Of a stretch of 64,000 nt of DNA, positions 1 through 8,582 are shown one piece after another. Both the position numbers and the translations under genes were made by a program. Each line of letters starts with the position of its first letter. The stretch's first letter is position 1. Below the pieces are notes generated by a model. It did not search any database. It saw only the letters and a program-made list of their open reading frames with translations, and was not told where the DNA came from. The DNA lies in the IMG/VR virus record IMGVR_UViG_3300008450_000020, positions 9,622 to 73,621 of that record, one strand, 5' to 3'. This stretch comes from a virus.

Positions 1-2548
1 TAGCCCAAGATGGAAAATAAATATCCAGAGCTGCACCAAGTTTGACAGTGTCATGTTTTATTTCAGGAAGTTCTTGCCATTGCATCGACTTGATTAATTC
101 CCTATTTACCCATTCCACTACTTCTACCTCATCAATAATCAAGAGGTAAATTGCATCATGAATTAGAGCCACTGGGAGCACTTTTTCTCTGTAAGGAGAG
201 TTGTGTACCTTCTTCATGAAATCATTCGCTGCACGGTTGTTTAGTAAGCCGTATGACTGTCCTAAAGCATTCCCTGCAGTACGTCCTTCTGCTGCTGCTG
301 CAAAAGGCATTTTCTTTGTATTAAACAAAACTTGTTTAAGCAAAGGAGTTCTTACACGCAAACCAAAAGCTACGGTTACATACCCATCTTTACTGGCTTG
401 TATTAGCTTGTCTTGAACGTATTGATCAGATACCTTATACAACTCATGGTAATTCTTTTCAATGGCTTTAGCTTTCTCTTCTGAGAAGCCAAGGTTATTC
501 ATTAAAGTAATGTAAGTACCTTGATAGGTAAGAGCAAAGGTAGGTGCTTTTGATTCTTGCCTTAGTTTAGGGTGAGTATCTTTAAGGGAGTTAACTGATA
601 CAGGATCAGTTACATCTACATGAAGCAATTCATCTCTAAAATAATAAGCAGCACGTAAGCAATGTCCGTCAAAACCTTGTTCATATACAGCTAACTTGTT
701 TGGGTCTTTGGTAGTTAAGGCAGAAATGTAATCCTCAAGAGAATTAAAATCTGCACCAACATATAACCAACCAGGTGGAGCTTGGAAACATGATTTGATT
801 AATTTACCAAATGTAGAACCACTAGGTAAATTTTGAAGATTCGGGCTACTACTACTAAGTCTTCCTGATACAGTCCCTCCTAAATTGAAGTTACCGAACA
901 GGAAAACATAAGGACTGCTACTTATCCCATCTTTGTTAATTGCATTTTCAAAAGCAGGAATAAATGTAGTAAGTATTTTATTGGTTTTGCCATAGTTGAT
1001 AATGGCACTAAGCAATTCCTTATCTTCTGGTTTGTCAGTATGATGAATCAACTTTTCTAAAGTATCTGCACCAGTAGCAGGCTGTTTCTTATCAGTGTAA
1101 TCAATGACAGGAAGTTTCAGAATGTCATAAAGTAGCTGCTGAAGTTGAGGCCCGCTATTAGGATTGAAAACAGAATCTTTAAAATGCTCTAAATTATGTT
1201 GCTTGGTTTTGAGTTTTGCATTTGCTTTCTGCATTAACGTATTCTGCAATAAAAAATTCATTGCCTTAATTACTGAAGAATTATTAATGGTATCTACATG
1301 TGCTTCTCTTTGAGCAGCTAAATCATTCCTTACATTTATTACTTGATCACGATTCATAGGCATACCAGTTAACTCAAGTTGAATGATGGTCCTTAGACTC
1401 GGTAACATGATTACTTGATAGATTTGTTCCTGTTGGTCTGCAATCATTATTGGTGTGTATTTGTCCTTCACATACCAAGTAGATAATGCATCTATCAAAT
1501 TGTATTCAAGTAATTCAGGAAGAGGAATTTTCCGAATATCCTTGATATCTGATTTAGCCCAATTACCGGCAAACTCATGTGCAAGATCTTTTAAGCCCAG
1601 CGTATTGCCGGCAGTAGAGTTAGTCGCAAGATAGCTAATGATTTTTGTATCATCAAAGTTATTATCTTTGGTGAATACATCCAGACCTTCTAACAAACCT
1701 TTTGTGTCATTCATCCCTAATAACATGTATAGAGAATAGATGAGTACTTTCACATCGTAGGGTGCATTATGCCAAGTAATCTTTCCAGTGTAAGTAGTAA
1801 AGAAATTACGTAACAAATCCCTTATACCAAAATTGGAATTTCTTCCAAGATACTCCCCGCCTACAACATTGTTGAATGCATAGGCATCACAGGAAAATGC
1901 AATACCATTGTGTTTATCCCACGCAAAAGAAATAGTTCCAATACCTGCTCCATGAAACAAGAGAGAGAATGTTTCTATATCACAGGTAAGTTCAGGATAC
2001 TGATGCAAGCTTCTTAAAGCGTGATCAATTTCATGATACGTTTGTGGGTAATAGGCTGAATGGATAATGTTACTTCCTAATACAACATGGCTTCCTGAAT
2101 AGGTATTTGAAAGTGCTTCCAAACCAAGGATTAATTTATCTTTCAAGCCAGGGTTATAAATTAGTGCTTGATAATTAATCCCCAGCACTACTTTCATATT
2201 TTCATACCCAGCTATTGCGCAAGGCAAGACATACCCATAATGAGGGTCTGCTTTAGTGCTCTTGGTTAATAGCTTAAAATAAGTAGAATCACAAACGTAT
2301 AAATACTCAGTGTGAATACTACTTAATGCAGGAAGCAATTCTTTCAAATATTCTTTGGCAAAGCTAACTGGGATTTTCCCATGTTCATCATAAGCCAGTG
2401 TGATGGCTACTACATCATTGGAAGATATTCCTCTCTGGTTTAATGGTTCAATGTAGTTGCTCAATAACTGTTGTTGATTAAAAGAAGATTCCTTTATCAA
2501 AACAGCTATTGGATATGTATTAGAGTTACCAAATGCAATATGCTTCAT
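1..2548 (-). CDS. DNA polymerase, family A (N4 gp39-like), truncated at window edge
   Basis: Not in ORF track because it is open at the edge. ATG at 2548 (MKHIAFGNSNTYPIAVLIK); exo I CDIETF, motif A GADFNSLED, motif B RQESKAPTFALTYQG, motif C LIHDAIY. Confidence 0.95.
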   Translation of the reverse strand, partial: MKHIAFGNSNTYPIAVLIKESSFNQQQLLSNYIEPLNQRGISSNDVVAITLAYDEHGKIPVSFAKEYLKELLPALSSIHTEYLYVCDSTYFKLLTKSTKADPHYGYVLPCAIAGYENMKVVLGINYQALIYNPGLKDKLILGLEALSNTYSGSHVVLGSNIIHSAYYPQTYHEIDHALRSLHQYPELTCDIETFSLLFHGAGIGTISFAWDKHNGIAFSCDAYAFNNVVGGEYLGRNSNFGIRDLLRNFFTTYTGKITWHNAPYDVKVLIYSLYMLLGMNDTKGLLEGLDVFTKDNNFDDTKIISYLATNSTAGNTLGLKDLAHEFAGNWAKSDIKDIRKIPLPELLEYNLIDALSTWYVKDKYTPIMIADQQEQIYQVIMLPSLRTIIQLELTGMPMNRDQVINVRNDLAAQREAHVDTINNSSVIKAMNFLLQNTLMQKANAKLKTKQHNLEHFKDSVFNPNSGPQLQQLLYDILKLPVIDYTDKKQPATGADTLEKLIHHTDKPEDKELLSAIINYGKTNKILTTFIPAFENAINKDGISSSPYVFLFGNFNLGGTVSGRLSSSSPNLQNLPSGSTFGKLIKSCFQAPPGWLYVGADFNSLEDYISALTTKDPNKLAVYEQGFDGHCLRAAYYFRDELLHVDVTDPVSVNSLKDTHPKLRQESKAPTFALTYQGTYITLMNNLGFSEEKAKAIEKNYHELYKVSDQYVQDKLIQASKDGYVTVAFGLRVRTPLLKQVLFNTKKMPFAAAAEGRTAGNALGQSYGLLNNRAANDFMKKVHNSPYREKVLPVALIHDAIYLLIIDEVEVVEWVNRELIKSMQWQELPEIKHDTVKLGAALDIYFPSWA

Positions 2549-2550
2549 AA

Positions 2551-3168
2551 CTATCCTATTAAAGCATTGAGGGAGAGTTTCATTGAAATGAGATCAAAGA
2601 AATGTTTCGAGCTATCTTGGAATGGTTTTACTTCTTCATTAGAGATTTCAGTTTGCTGTTTTTCAAGAAATCCAATATTTAATCCTGTTTTCCCAAAGTA
2701 AATGGAAGCTTGAATAATATTCTTATTCATGAAGCTTTCTAAAGAAGTTCCTGTAACCAGCTTAAGCCAGTCAGGAGGATAATTGGATTTGTTTTGTACA
2801 GAAGAAATAAAGCTGGATATTGCTTTATTATCTTTATCTGCTTGTGCGATAAAAGATAATAAGGAATCCATTTCACTCCTAAGTTCATCTCTCAACTCTG
2901 GAAAATGAATTCTGGTATGTACAGCCAAAGGGATATGCATAGAAGAGTGAGGGTAAACATTTCCTTTGTAACGAAAAGCAAGAATTAAAGGGGTTTCCCC
3001 TCCATTTTTAATAATTAAATCATCCATTCTTTTTATGATTAAATTATTTTTCTGAGGAAAAATATCATCCATAATTAAATTAAGAACAGTAGCAGTAAAG
3101 CGTTGCCGTTCTCTTCTTACCATTAGAGTATTCTCTAAATATTCACTACTTTCCTTGAGGCTTGTCAT
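2551..3168 (-). CDS. Hypothetical protein (N4 gp38 position, between helicase and DNAP)
   Basis: 205-aa ORF, coupled to the helicase stop; syntenic with N4-like phages. Confidence 0.7.
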   Translation of the reverse strand: MTSLKESSEYLENTLMVRRERQRFTATVLNLIMDDIFPQKNNLIIKRMDDLIIKNGGETPLILAFRYKGNVYPHSSMHIPLAVHTRIHFPELRDELRSEMDSLLSFIAQADKDNKAISSFISSVQNKSNYPPDWLKLVTGTSLESFMNKNIIQASIYFGKTGLNIGFLEKQQTEISNEEVKPFQDSSKHFFDLISMKLSLNALIG

Positions 3169-4427
3169 ACAAAATCTCCAGTGAAATAAACTTTATCAGT
3201 TGCACGAGAAGTACCTACATAGAGCATACGTGCTATCTGATTTCCCTGACTGCATTTACTGATGTCGTCAAGATCAATGAATACTTGCTTGTACGTAGAG
3301 CCTTGAGCTTTATTGATCGTACAAGCAAAGGCAGATCTTAAATCAATCCACTCACGATTGATAACCCCTAACCGTTGGATGTCATTGTTCTGTTGAAGTT
3401 GCTTTATTAAAGCCTTCTTTTCTGCCAAACTCGATGGCATAAAAGTTGTGGTGTCATTATTGAGTTCTACAGAATACCCTTGCAATCCATATTGGACTGC
3501 TGGAGTAATATTGGAGATGTAAACATCTTCGTCTGCTTTGAATCCCTTTTTGCCAGCCATACAGAATGCATTATTTACCGCATAATCACCTGGTTTGAAG
3601 TTAGGACAACCGGATATGTATTGTACAAGCCCTTGGTTATATTTAATGACAGTTTCATTTCTCCAAGCCAGAAATTTAGAATGGTTTGAATGCCATTCAG
3701 GTAACTGAACTGTAGCCAGTAAAGCATTATTGAAATCCCTTCTAGGAAGGTGAATAATACTTTCTCCATCTGGTTTAAATTGTGGAAATACGCCAGAGGA
3801 TACCGTCTCTCTAAAGAGTGTGGACAGCTCTAAAATAGCTCCAGTGTTTCTGACTACTTTAGTCAATTTTGCGGTAGTAAAACCTGCTAAAAACACTGGG
3901 CATACTGAAGACATCACAGGAGTCAATTGAGCTGGATCTCCCATAAAAACAATCTTACATCTGCGCACTGAGCCAAAGATAAGATTTAATAATTCTGAGT
4001 CGACATAGCTTGCTTCATCAATGAAAATGATTGCATTTTCAATTGGTTCTTTGAGTGCTGAAATCAAAGTAGTTTTGCCGGTTTTAAGATCCTTTATAGG
4101 ACGTATGGCAAGCAAACTATGGATGGTTCTAGTTTCCTGTTTACTGAGTCCATAAAGGGCTTGTGCAGCCTTATTTGTGGTTGCAGTAAGGTGTACTTCG
4201 TAATCTACAAAGGAAGGGTTAATTCCTCTGATTGCACGAAGTATTAAAGGAAGCTCGTTTAACAAGTGTTTAACTAAAGTTGACTTCCCTGTTCCACTAT
4301 AACCTTCAATTACAAATGCTGATTCTTTCGGATCAGTAATGAATTTAACAAACATGTTTGAAGCTGCTTGTTGATCATCGGTTAATTTGAATTGGGTAGT
4401 GTTATTAGTATTAATGAGGGAAGTCAT
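3165..4427 (-). CDS. SF1B (Dda/RecD-like) DNA helicase, N4 gp37-like
   Basis: GYSGTGKS, IDEAS, GDPAQL, TINKAQGST, LYVGTSRA motifs. Confidence 0.93.
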   Translation of the reverse strand: MTSLINTNNTTQFKLTDDQQAASNMFVKFITDPKESAFVIEGYSGTGKSTLVKHLLNELPLILRAIRGINPSFVDYEVHLTATTNKAAQALYGLSKQETRTIHSLLAIRPIKDLKTGKTTLISALKEPIENAIIFIDEASYVDSELLNLIFGSVRRCKIVFMGDPAQLTPVMSSVCPVFLAGFTTAKLTKVVRNTGAILELSTLFRETVSSGVFPQFKPDGESIIHLPRRDFNNALLATVQLPEWHSNHSKFLAWRNETVIKYNQGLVQYISGCPNFKPGDYAVNNAFCMAGKKGFKADEDVYISNITPAVQYGLQGYSVELNNDTTTFMPSSLAEKKALIKQLQQNNDIQRLGVINREWIDLRSAFACTINKAQGSTYKQVFIDLDDISKCSQGNQIARMLYVGTSRATDKVYFTGDFV

Positions 4428-4438
4428 TTTTGTTTACC

Positions 4439-5605
4439 TTAAATTTTGAAATGAATTACTTTTCCAAATGGAGCAGTAAATGTTGGGTTGTTATAAATCA
4501 ACCAGATGACTGGAACTTTTGTATGGACTTTCGGTGGAGAGAATTCTCCATCAGAAAAGATCAAACCAAATTCAGGTTTATTCTTTTCAATCCATTGGAT
4601 AACAGGAGTAATATTTGTACCTCCTCTTCCATGGAAATCCAGTCGACGTAACTCTTGTAATGAACGCACTTTAATGTCATCAAGAATTCTTGTATCAAAA
4701 GGCACCATACGTACTTCTTCTGGTTTTAATACTTTAAAGATTTTGGATACTTCAGAAATCATTACACTGACTTCATGATCTGAAGTTGATCCAGAAAGAT
4801 CGGGGAATACTGCAAAGTTTGGAATTGCTTCTGCAAACAAAGATGGTAAGAAGTGTCTTGGAAAGTGCCTACGATTTGGTTTTCTGAAACTGTAATCAGT
4901 CTTAGAAAATGCACTCAGAAACTTTTGTAAAATGCGATGCCAAGGTAATTTTGGATTGATCATACTATCCAATAATACACCTGCCATACCTGGGATATTT
5001 CCAGCTTCTTTACCTGCTTGTTGAGCAGTTTGTACTGCGCGCATTAAAGCTTCTTGAATCTGTTGTTTAACATGTGCTGGTGTAGTGGAGCTTCCGTCTG
5101 AAGGATTATTGCCATCAGAATTGCTATTACCTTGTCCTTCACCATCTTCTTCTCCATCACCGCCAGGATCACCTAGATCCATTTGATCTGGGTTGCTTGG
5201 GGAATCTTCAAGAAGATCATAAACTTCTTCTGCTGATTTACCAGCATACTTACGATCACAATATCCTCCCGGAGGGATTTCAAATCCACCATCAATAAGC
5301 ATGTTATTGATTACGTGATCACAAGCTTTGTTATAACGCTCTTTGTCCTTGGAGCCTCTTCTACCTGCATGATCGAAACCAACGTGTAATGCTTCGTGGG
5401 TTAATAAACCAATTTGCTGTGGTTGAGTAAGCTTTTGAAAGTAATCAGGATTTAGTTTAATTTCAATACCATTGGTTTTAGCAATAGGTGTTGAATCATC
5501 CCATGTTTGACGTAAGCCCATAACAAGGGTAGAAAAAAATACTGAATTACTCTTAGACATTAGAGCAATTTTTGCTTTACTCAAAGCCAGTACATGTGGT
5601 TCCAT
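4439..5605 (-). CDS. Metallopeptidase-like (HExxH) + vWA domain protein (DUF2201-type; N4 gp25-like)
   Basis: HEALHV...NKACDHVIN, acidic Gly-rich linker, MIDAS DLSGS, GRGGT, FSDGE. Confidence 0.88.
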   Translation of the reverse strand: MEPHVLALSKAKIALMSKSNSVFFSTLVMGLRQTWDDSTPIAKTNGIEIKLNPDYFQKLTQPQQIGLLTHEALHVGFDHAGRRGSKDKERYNKACDHVINNMLIDGGFEIPPGGYCDRKYAGKSAEEVYDLLEDSPSNPDQMDLGDPGGDGEEDGEGQGNSNSDGNNPSDGSSTTPAHVKQQIQEALMRAVQTAQQAGKEAGNIPGMAGVLLDSMINPKLPWHRILQKFLSAFSKTDYSFRKPNRRHFPRHFLPSLFAEAIPNFAVFPDLSGSTSDHEVSVMISEVSKIFKVLKPEEVRMVPFDTRILDDIKVRSLQELRRLDFHGRGGTNITPVIQWIEKNKPEFGLIFSDGEFSPPKVHTKVPVIWLIYNNPTFTAPFGKVIHFKI

Positions 5606-5621
5606 AAATACCTTTCAAAAT

Positions 5622-5654
5622 AAAATAGGAATAGAAATAGATCTCTATTCCTAT
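5622..5654 (-). terminator. Intrinsic terminator
   Basis: ATAGGAATAGA/TCTATTCCTAT 11-bp stem with A-run on the left (U-tract on minus strand). Confidence 0.65.
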
Positions 5655-5672
5655 ATCAGTTTGTTTGTTAAA

Positions 5673-6746
5673 TCAAAAGAATGCTTTGCCTTCTTTTACC
5701 AACCAGCTTTGTAATTCTGGAGCAGTAATCAAAGTCAAATCACGTTGCACTGCATTACGCAAAGTCACCACTTGGAACTCTGGTAAGAAGCGTGTAACGT
5801 ATTTTGCTATGTTACTGATGTTATCTTTGTCTGCTACTTGAGAGAGCATAGAAGAAACCAAGAACATAATTCCTGGGGATTGTGGTACAGGTACTGTATC
5901 TGGTGCTGTGATGATTGTCTTCAATGAAGGGATTTCATTTGCTAAACGCGTGTATCCAACGAATTCTGCTGCGATACCTTCACCGATAACACCGGCAAAT
6001 ACTGCAATCGCGTTAGCATCATTGACATCGAAACCAGTTTTCAAAATACGGTTTGTGAACTCCCATGTACGAGGACATGCGTAAGTACAATCAGTATGAT
6101 CTGGATCGAATGTGTACAGCTTGCTTGGGTTGTTACGCAAGTAAGCCATGATACGGAAATCATAGTTTGCTTTGTTTGCGTACTCTAACCAGTCATCTGT
6201 AGTGATGCTCAACTGAATATGAGCAAGACGAGATTGCAATGCCGTGCTCATCTCTTCAACGATAGCATTGTCAGTTGCCATGTTACCTGCACAGACTACT
6301 TTGACTTTGTCATGCAAATGGTATTGGCCTACCATACGATCCAAAGTCAGTTTGTATGATGCTGCTTGTACTGCACGAGATGCTGATGAGAACTCATCCA
6401 AGAACAGTAACCAACCTGAGTAACGTAATTCTTTGCCTTCTGCATCGCGCAAAGCTTGTCCATTGCTATCGAGTTTGATAGGCAATTCATCACCTTGGAT
6501 TGGGAATGTAGCCATAGGCACATATACAGCTTTTGAACCAGACATATTAGGAAAGCCTAATAAGTCTGTTGGATCGCACTGGGACAAGCGCAAATCGATA
6601 ACCTTGAGGTTGTACTCTTCTGCAATTGAGTGAATGATTGCAGACTTACCTGTACCTGGGCTACCTACCAACATTGGCACAAGATTTGCCAACATGTAAG
6701 TAATGATGTTTTTACGAGCTTGTGAAAGTGAGCATGTGATATTCAT
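5673..6746 (-). CDS. MoxR-like AAA+ ATPase (N4 gp24-like), partner of adjacent vWA protein
   Basis: GSPGTGKS, DLRLSQCDPTDLLGFP, LFLDEF, CAGN, ALQSR, CPRTWE. Confidence 0.9.
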   Translation of the reverse strand: MNITCSLSQARKNIITYMLANLVPMLVGSPGTGKSAIIHSIAEEYNLKVIDLRLSQCDPTDLLGFPNMSGSKAVYVPMATFPIQGDELPIKLDSNGQALRDAEGKELRYSGWLLFLDEFSSASRAVQAASYKLTLDRMVGQYHLHDKVKVVCAGNMATDNAIVEEMSTALQSRLAHIQLSITTDDWLEYANKANYDFRIMAYLRNNPSKLYTFDPDHTDCTYACPRTWEFTNRILKTGFDVNDANAIAVFAGVIGEGIAAEFVGYTRLANEIPSLKTIITAPDTVPVPQSPGIMFLVSSMLSQVADKDNISNIAKYVTRFLPEFQVVTLRNAVQRDLTLITAPELQSWLVKEGKAFF

Positions 6747-6773
6747 GGAAATTTTCCTTATTGAAAATGTAAG

Positions 6774-7295
6774 TTAATTTTTGGAAGTTAAAAACTTTTG
6801 TGCGGCAATAATGCCAGTGAGATCCGGGGTTGGAATAGCAGCTTCTAAGAGAGTCTTAGCATCTTTTTCTGCTTGAGCAAAAACTAAATCTCTTAATTTC
6901 ATTTTGATTCTATGAACGTATTCAGCTCTTAAAGATTTAGTGATTTCATCTAACTCTTTTTTAGTAAGTTTGGGAATTTCACATTGGTCTAACCAAGCTT
7001 CTATTGATTCTTTTTGAATCCGTTGTAAGTAATCCCCTGCAATAGAATTTCCAGATCTACCATTGCAATGATCCAATTTAAATTCATTGTGCCAATCTTT
7101 ATCAAAGCCCATGAGTTTAAGAAGAATTTCTTTCTTCTTTTTATCCATGTCATTGAATACCATATCCCGAATTTGTTCAGGAGTTTGTTTGGCTTTCCAC
7201 TGATTAACATAAATGTTAATCATAGAAATATATTCTTCCATTGGATTCAATGAAGGAATAATCTCTTCAGGATCTTCTTGAGTTTCTAATGGCAT
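6774..7295 (-). CDS. Hypothetical protein
   Basis: 173-aa ORF in an operon with the ClpX-like gene. Confidence 0.75.
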   Translation of the reverse strand: MPLETQEDPEEIIPSLNPMEEYISMINIYVNQWKAKQTPEQIRDMVFNDMDKKKKEILLKLMGFDKDWHNEFKLDHCNGRSGNSIAGDYLQRIQKESIEAWLDQCEIPKLTKKELDEITKSLRAEYVHRIKMKLRDLVFAQAEKDAKTLLEAAIPTPDLTGIIAAQKFLTSKN

Positions 7296-8092
7296 GATAA
7301 TTCCAGTGTTTTTTGAAAGGTAATTTTCTTGGCTTGTTTTTCACCAAGATTACCGTTAATGAAAAATTGGTGAATTAACGTATTAATCATACGAATACCA
7401 ATCGTATTTTTTTCAAAAGAGTCTGTGAGAATTTTCATGATTGGATTCACTACATCTGCTTTTTTGGTTTTTGGAAATAGCGTTAAATATGTCTGCAACA
7501 AAACACTGTTTATCAGAATATTCTTCAAGTCTGCAAGAGTTACTTTTTCTAGACCATAAACTAAACCAACACGCCCTAAAAATTCAGTTTTAACACCGAA
7601 TTCACGAAGACGATCGATATCAATGTTCTCTTCGCCATTGAATGCGCCGGCAAAGATGAATAAGACATTGTCTGTCTTGATATTGATGTATTTACCAAAA
7701 TCACCATAAACGGAGGCGGAGCCTTCTAATACTTTTAGGAATTCGTTTTGAACTCCGTTAGTAGTTTCATGGGCTAATGCGGAATTTGAATTTCCACTGA
7801 TGAATAACTTATCGAATTCATCAACGAAACAAATCACAGGTTGTCCACCAAGTTGAGTTAGTGGAGCTAATGCTTTTGATACGCTGTTACCAGCAGTACC
7901 TTCTTTTGTTAAGGCAGCAGCATTGACTTCAATAAAAGCCAACTTAAATTCTTCTGCCAAGGTTTGAATGATGTGGGATTTCCCACTACCACTTGGTCCA
8001 GTAATAATGAAGTGAGGACGGATCATCGCTTCACTTGATTCAAATATACTGAGGATTTTGCGAATGCTATTGACGGTTTGTTCTGAAGACAT
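7286..8092 (-). CDS. Truncated ClpX/HslU-like AAA+ ATPase
   Basis: GPSGSGKS, FVDEFDKL, GVQNEFLKVLEG, TDNVLFIFAGAF, EFLGRV; no N-terminal Zn domain. Confidence 0.85.
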   Translation of the reverse strand: MSSEQTVNSIRKILSIFESSEAMIRPHFIITGPSGSGKSHIIQTLAEEFKLAFIEVNAAALTKEGTAGNSVSKALAPLTQLGGQPVICFVDEFDKLFISGNSNSALAHETTNGVQNEFLKVLEGSASVYGDFGKYINIKTDNVLFIFAGAFNGEENIDIDRLREFGVKTEFLGRVGLVYGLEKVTLADLKNILINSVLLQTYLTLFPKTKKADVVNPIMKILTDSFEKNTIGIRMINTLIHQFFINGNLGEKQAKKITFQKTLELSCH

Positions 8093-8111
8093 GATAGCCT
8101 CTAAAAAGAAT

Positions 8112-8142
8112 AAAAAAAAGCTTCCTACTCATAATAGGAAGC
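8112..8142 (-). terminator. Intrinsic terminator
   Basis: GCTTCCTA/TAGGAAGC stem preceded by A8 on the + strand. Confidence 0.75.
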
Positions 8143-8160
8143 CATGTAAACCAGGAAGAA

Positions 8161-8571
8161 TTAGTTGAGTTTTTTCAATTCTGCAGCAATTTCTTCTTCA
8201 GACAAGCCAGCCAACTTTTCAGTTTGCTTCTGTGCCAGCAAATCAGTCAACTGACGTTTACGTTCAGCATTTTGTTGTGCATTCACTTTTGCAGCATTTT
8301 CTGATTGCTTATGTTCGATTACTGCTTTAACGATTTCCAGTTTGTTTTCCAGATCTTGTTTTGCAGGATTACGCGCAGAGTTAACAAAATCTTCTTCAGC
8401 AAATGCTTTGATAGCGCGATTGATTGTTTTCGCCAATGTGTTGAGGTCGTCACTGGAACGAGATTCTAAAGGCAAATGAAACAATTGTTCTACAGTCAAT
8501 TGACCAACCTTAGAATCGAAGCGATATTGTTTTACTGCAGCGATGAAAAATAATTGATTTATGTTTTCCAT
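8161..8571 (-). CDS. Conserved phage coiled-coil protein
   Basis: 136 aa; RF.S..GQLTVEQLFHLPL N-terminus and charged helical C-terminus; a family I recall usually sitting next to the 669-aa gene. Confidence 0.75.
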   Translation of the reverse strand: MENINQLFFIAAVKQYRFDSKVGQLTVEQLFHLPLESRSSDDLNTLAKTINRAIKAFAEEDFVNSARNPAKQDLENKLEIVKAVIEHKQSENAAKVNAQQNAERKRQLTDLLAQKQTEKLAGLSEEEIAAELKKLN

Positions 8572-8582
8572 GATTTTCTTTC

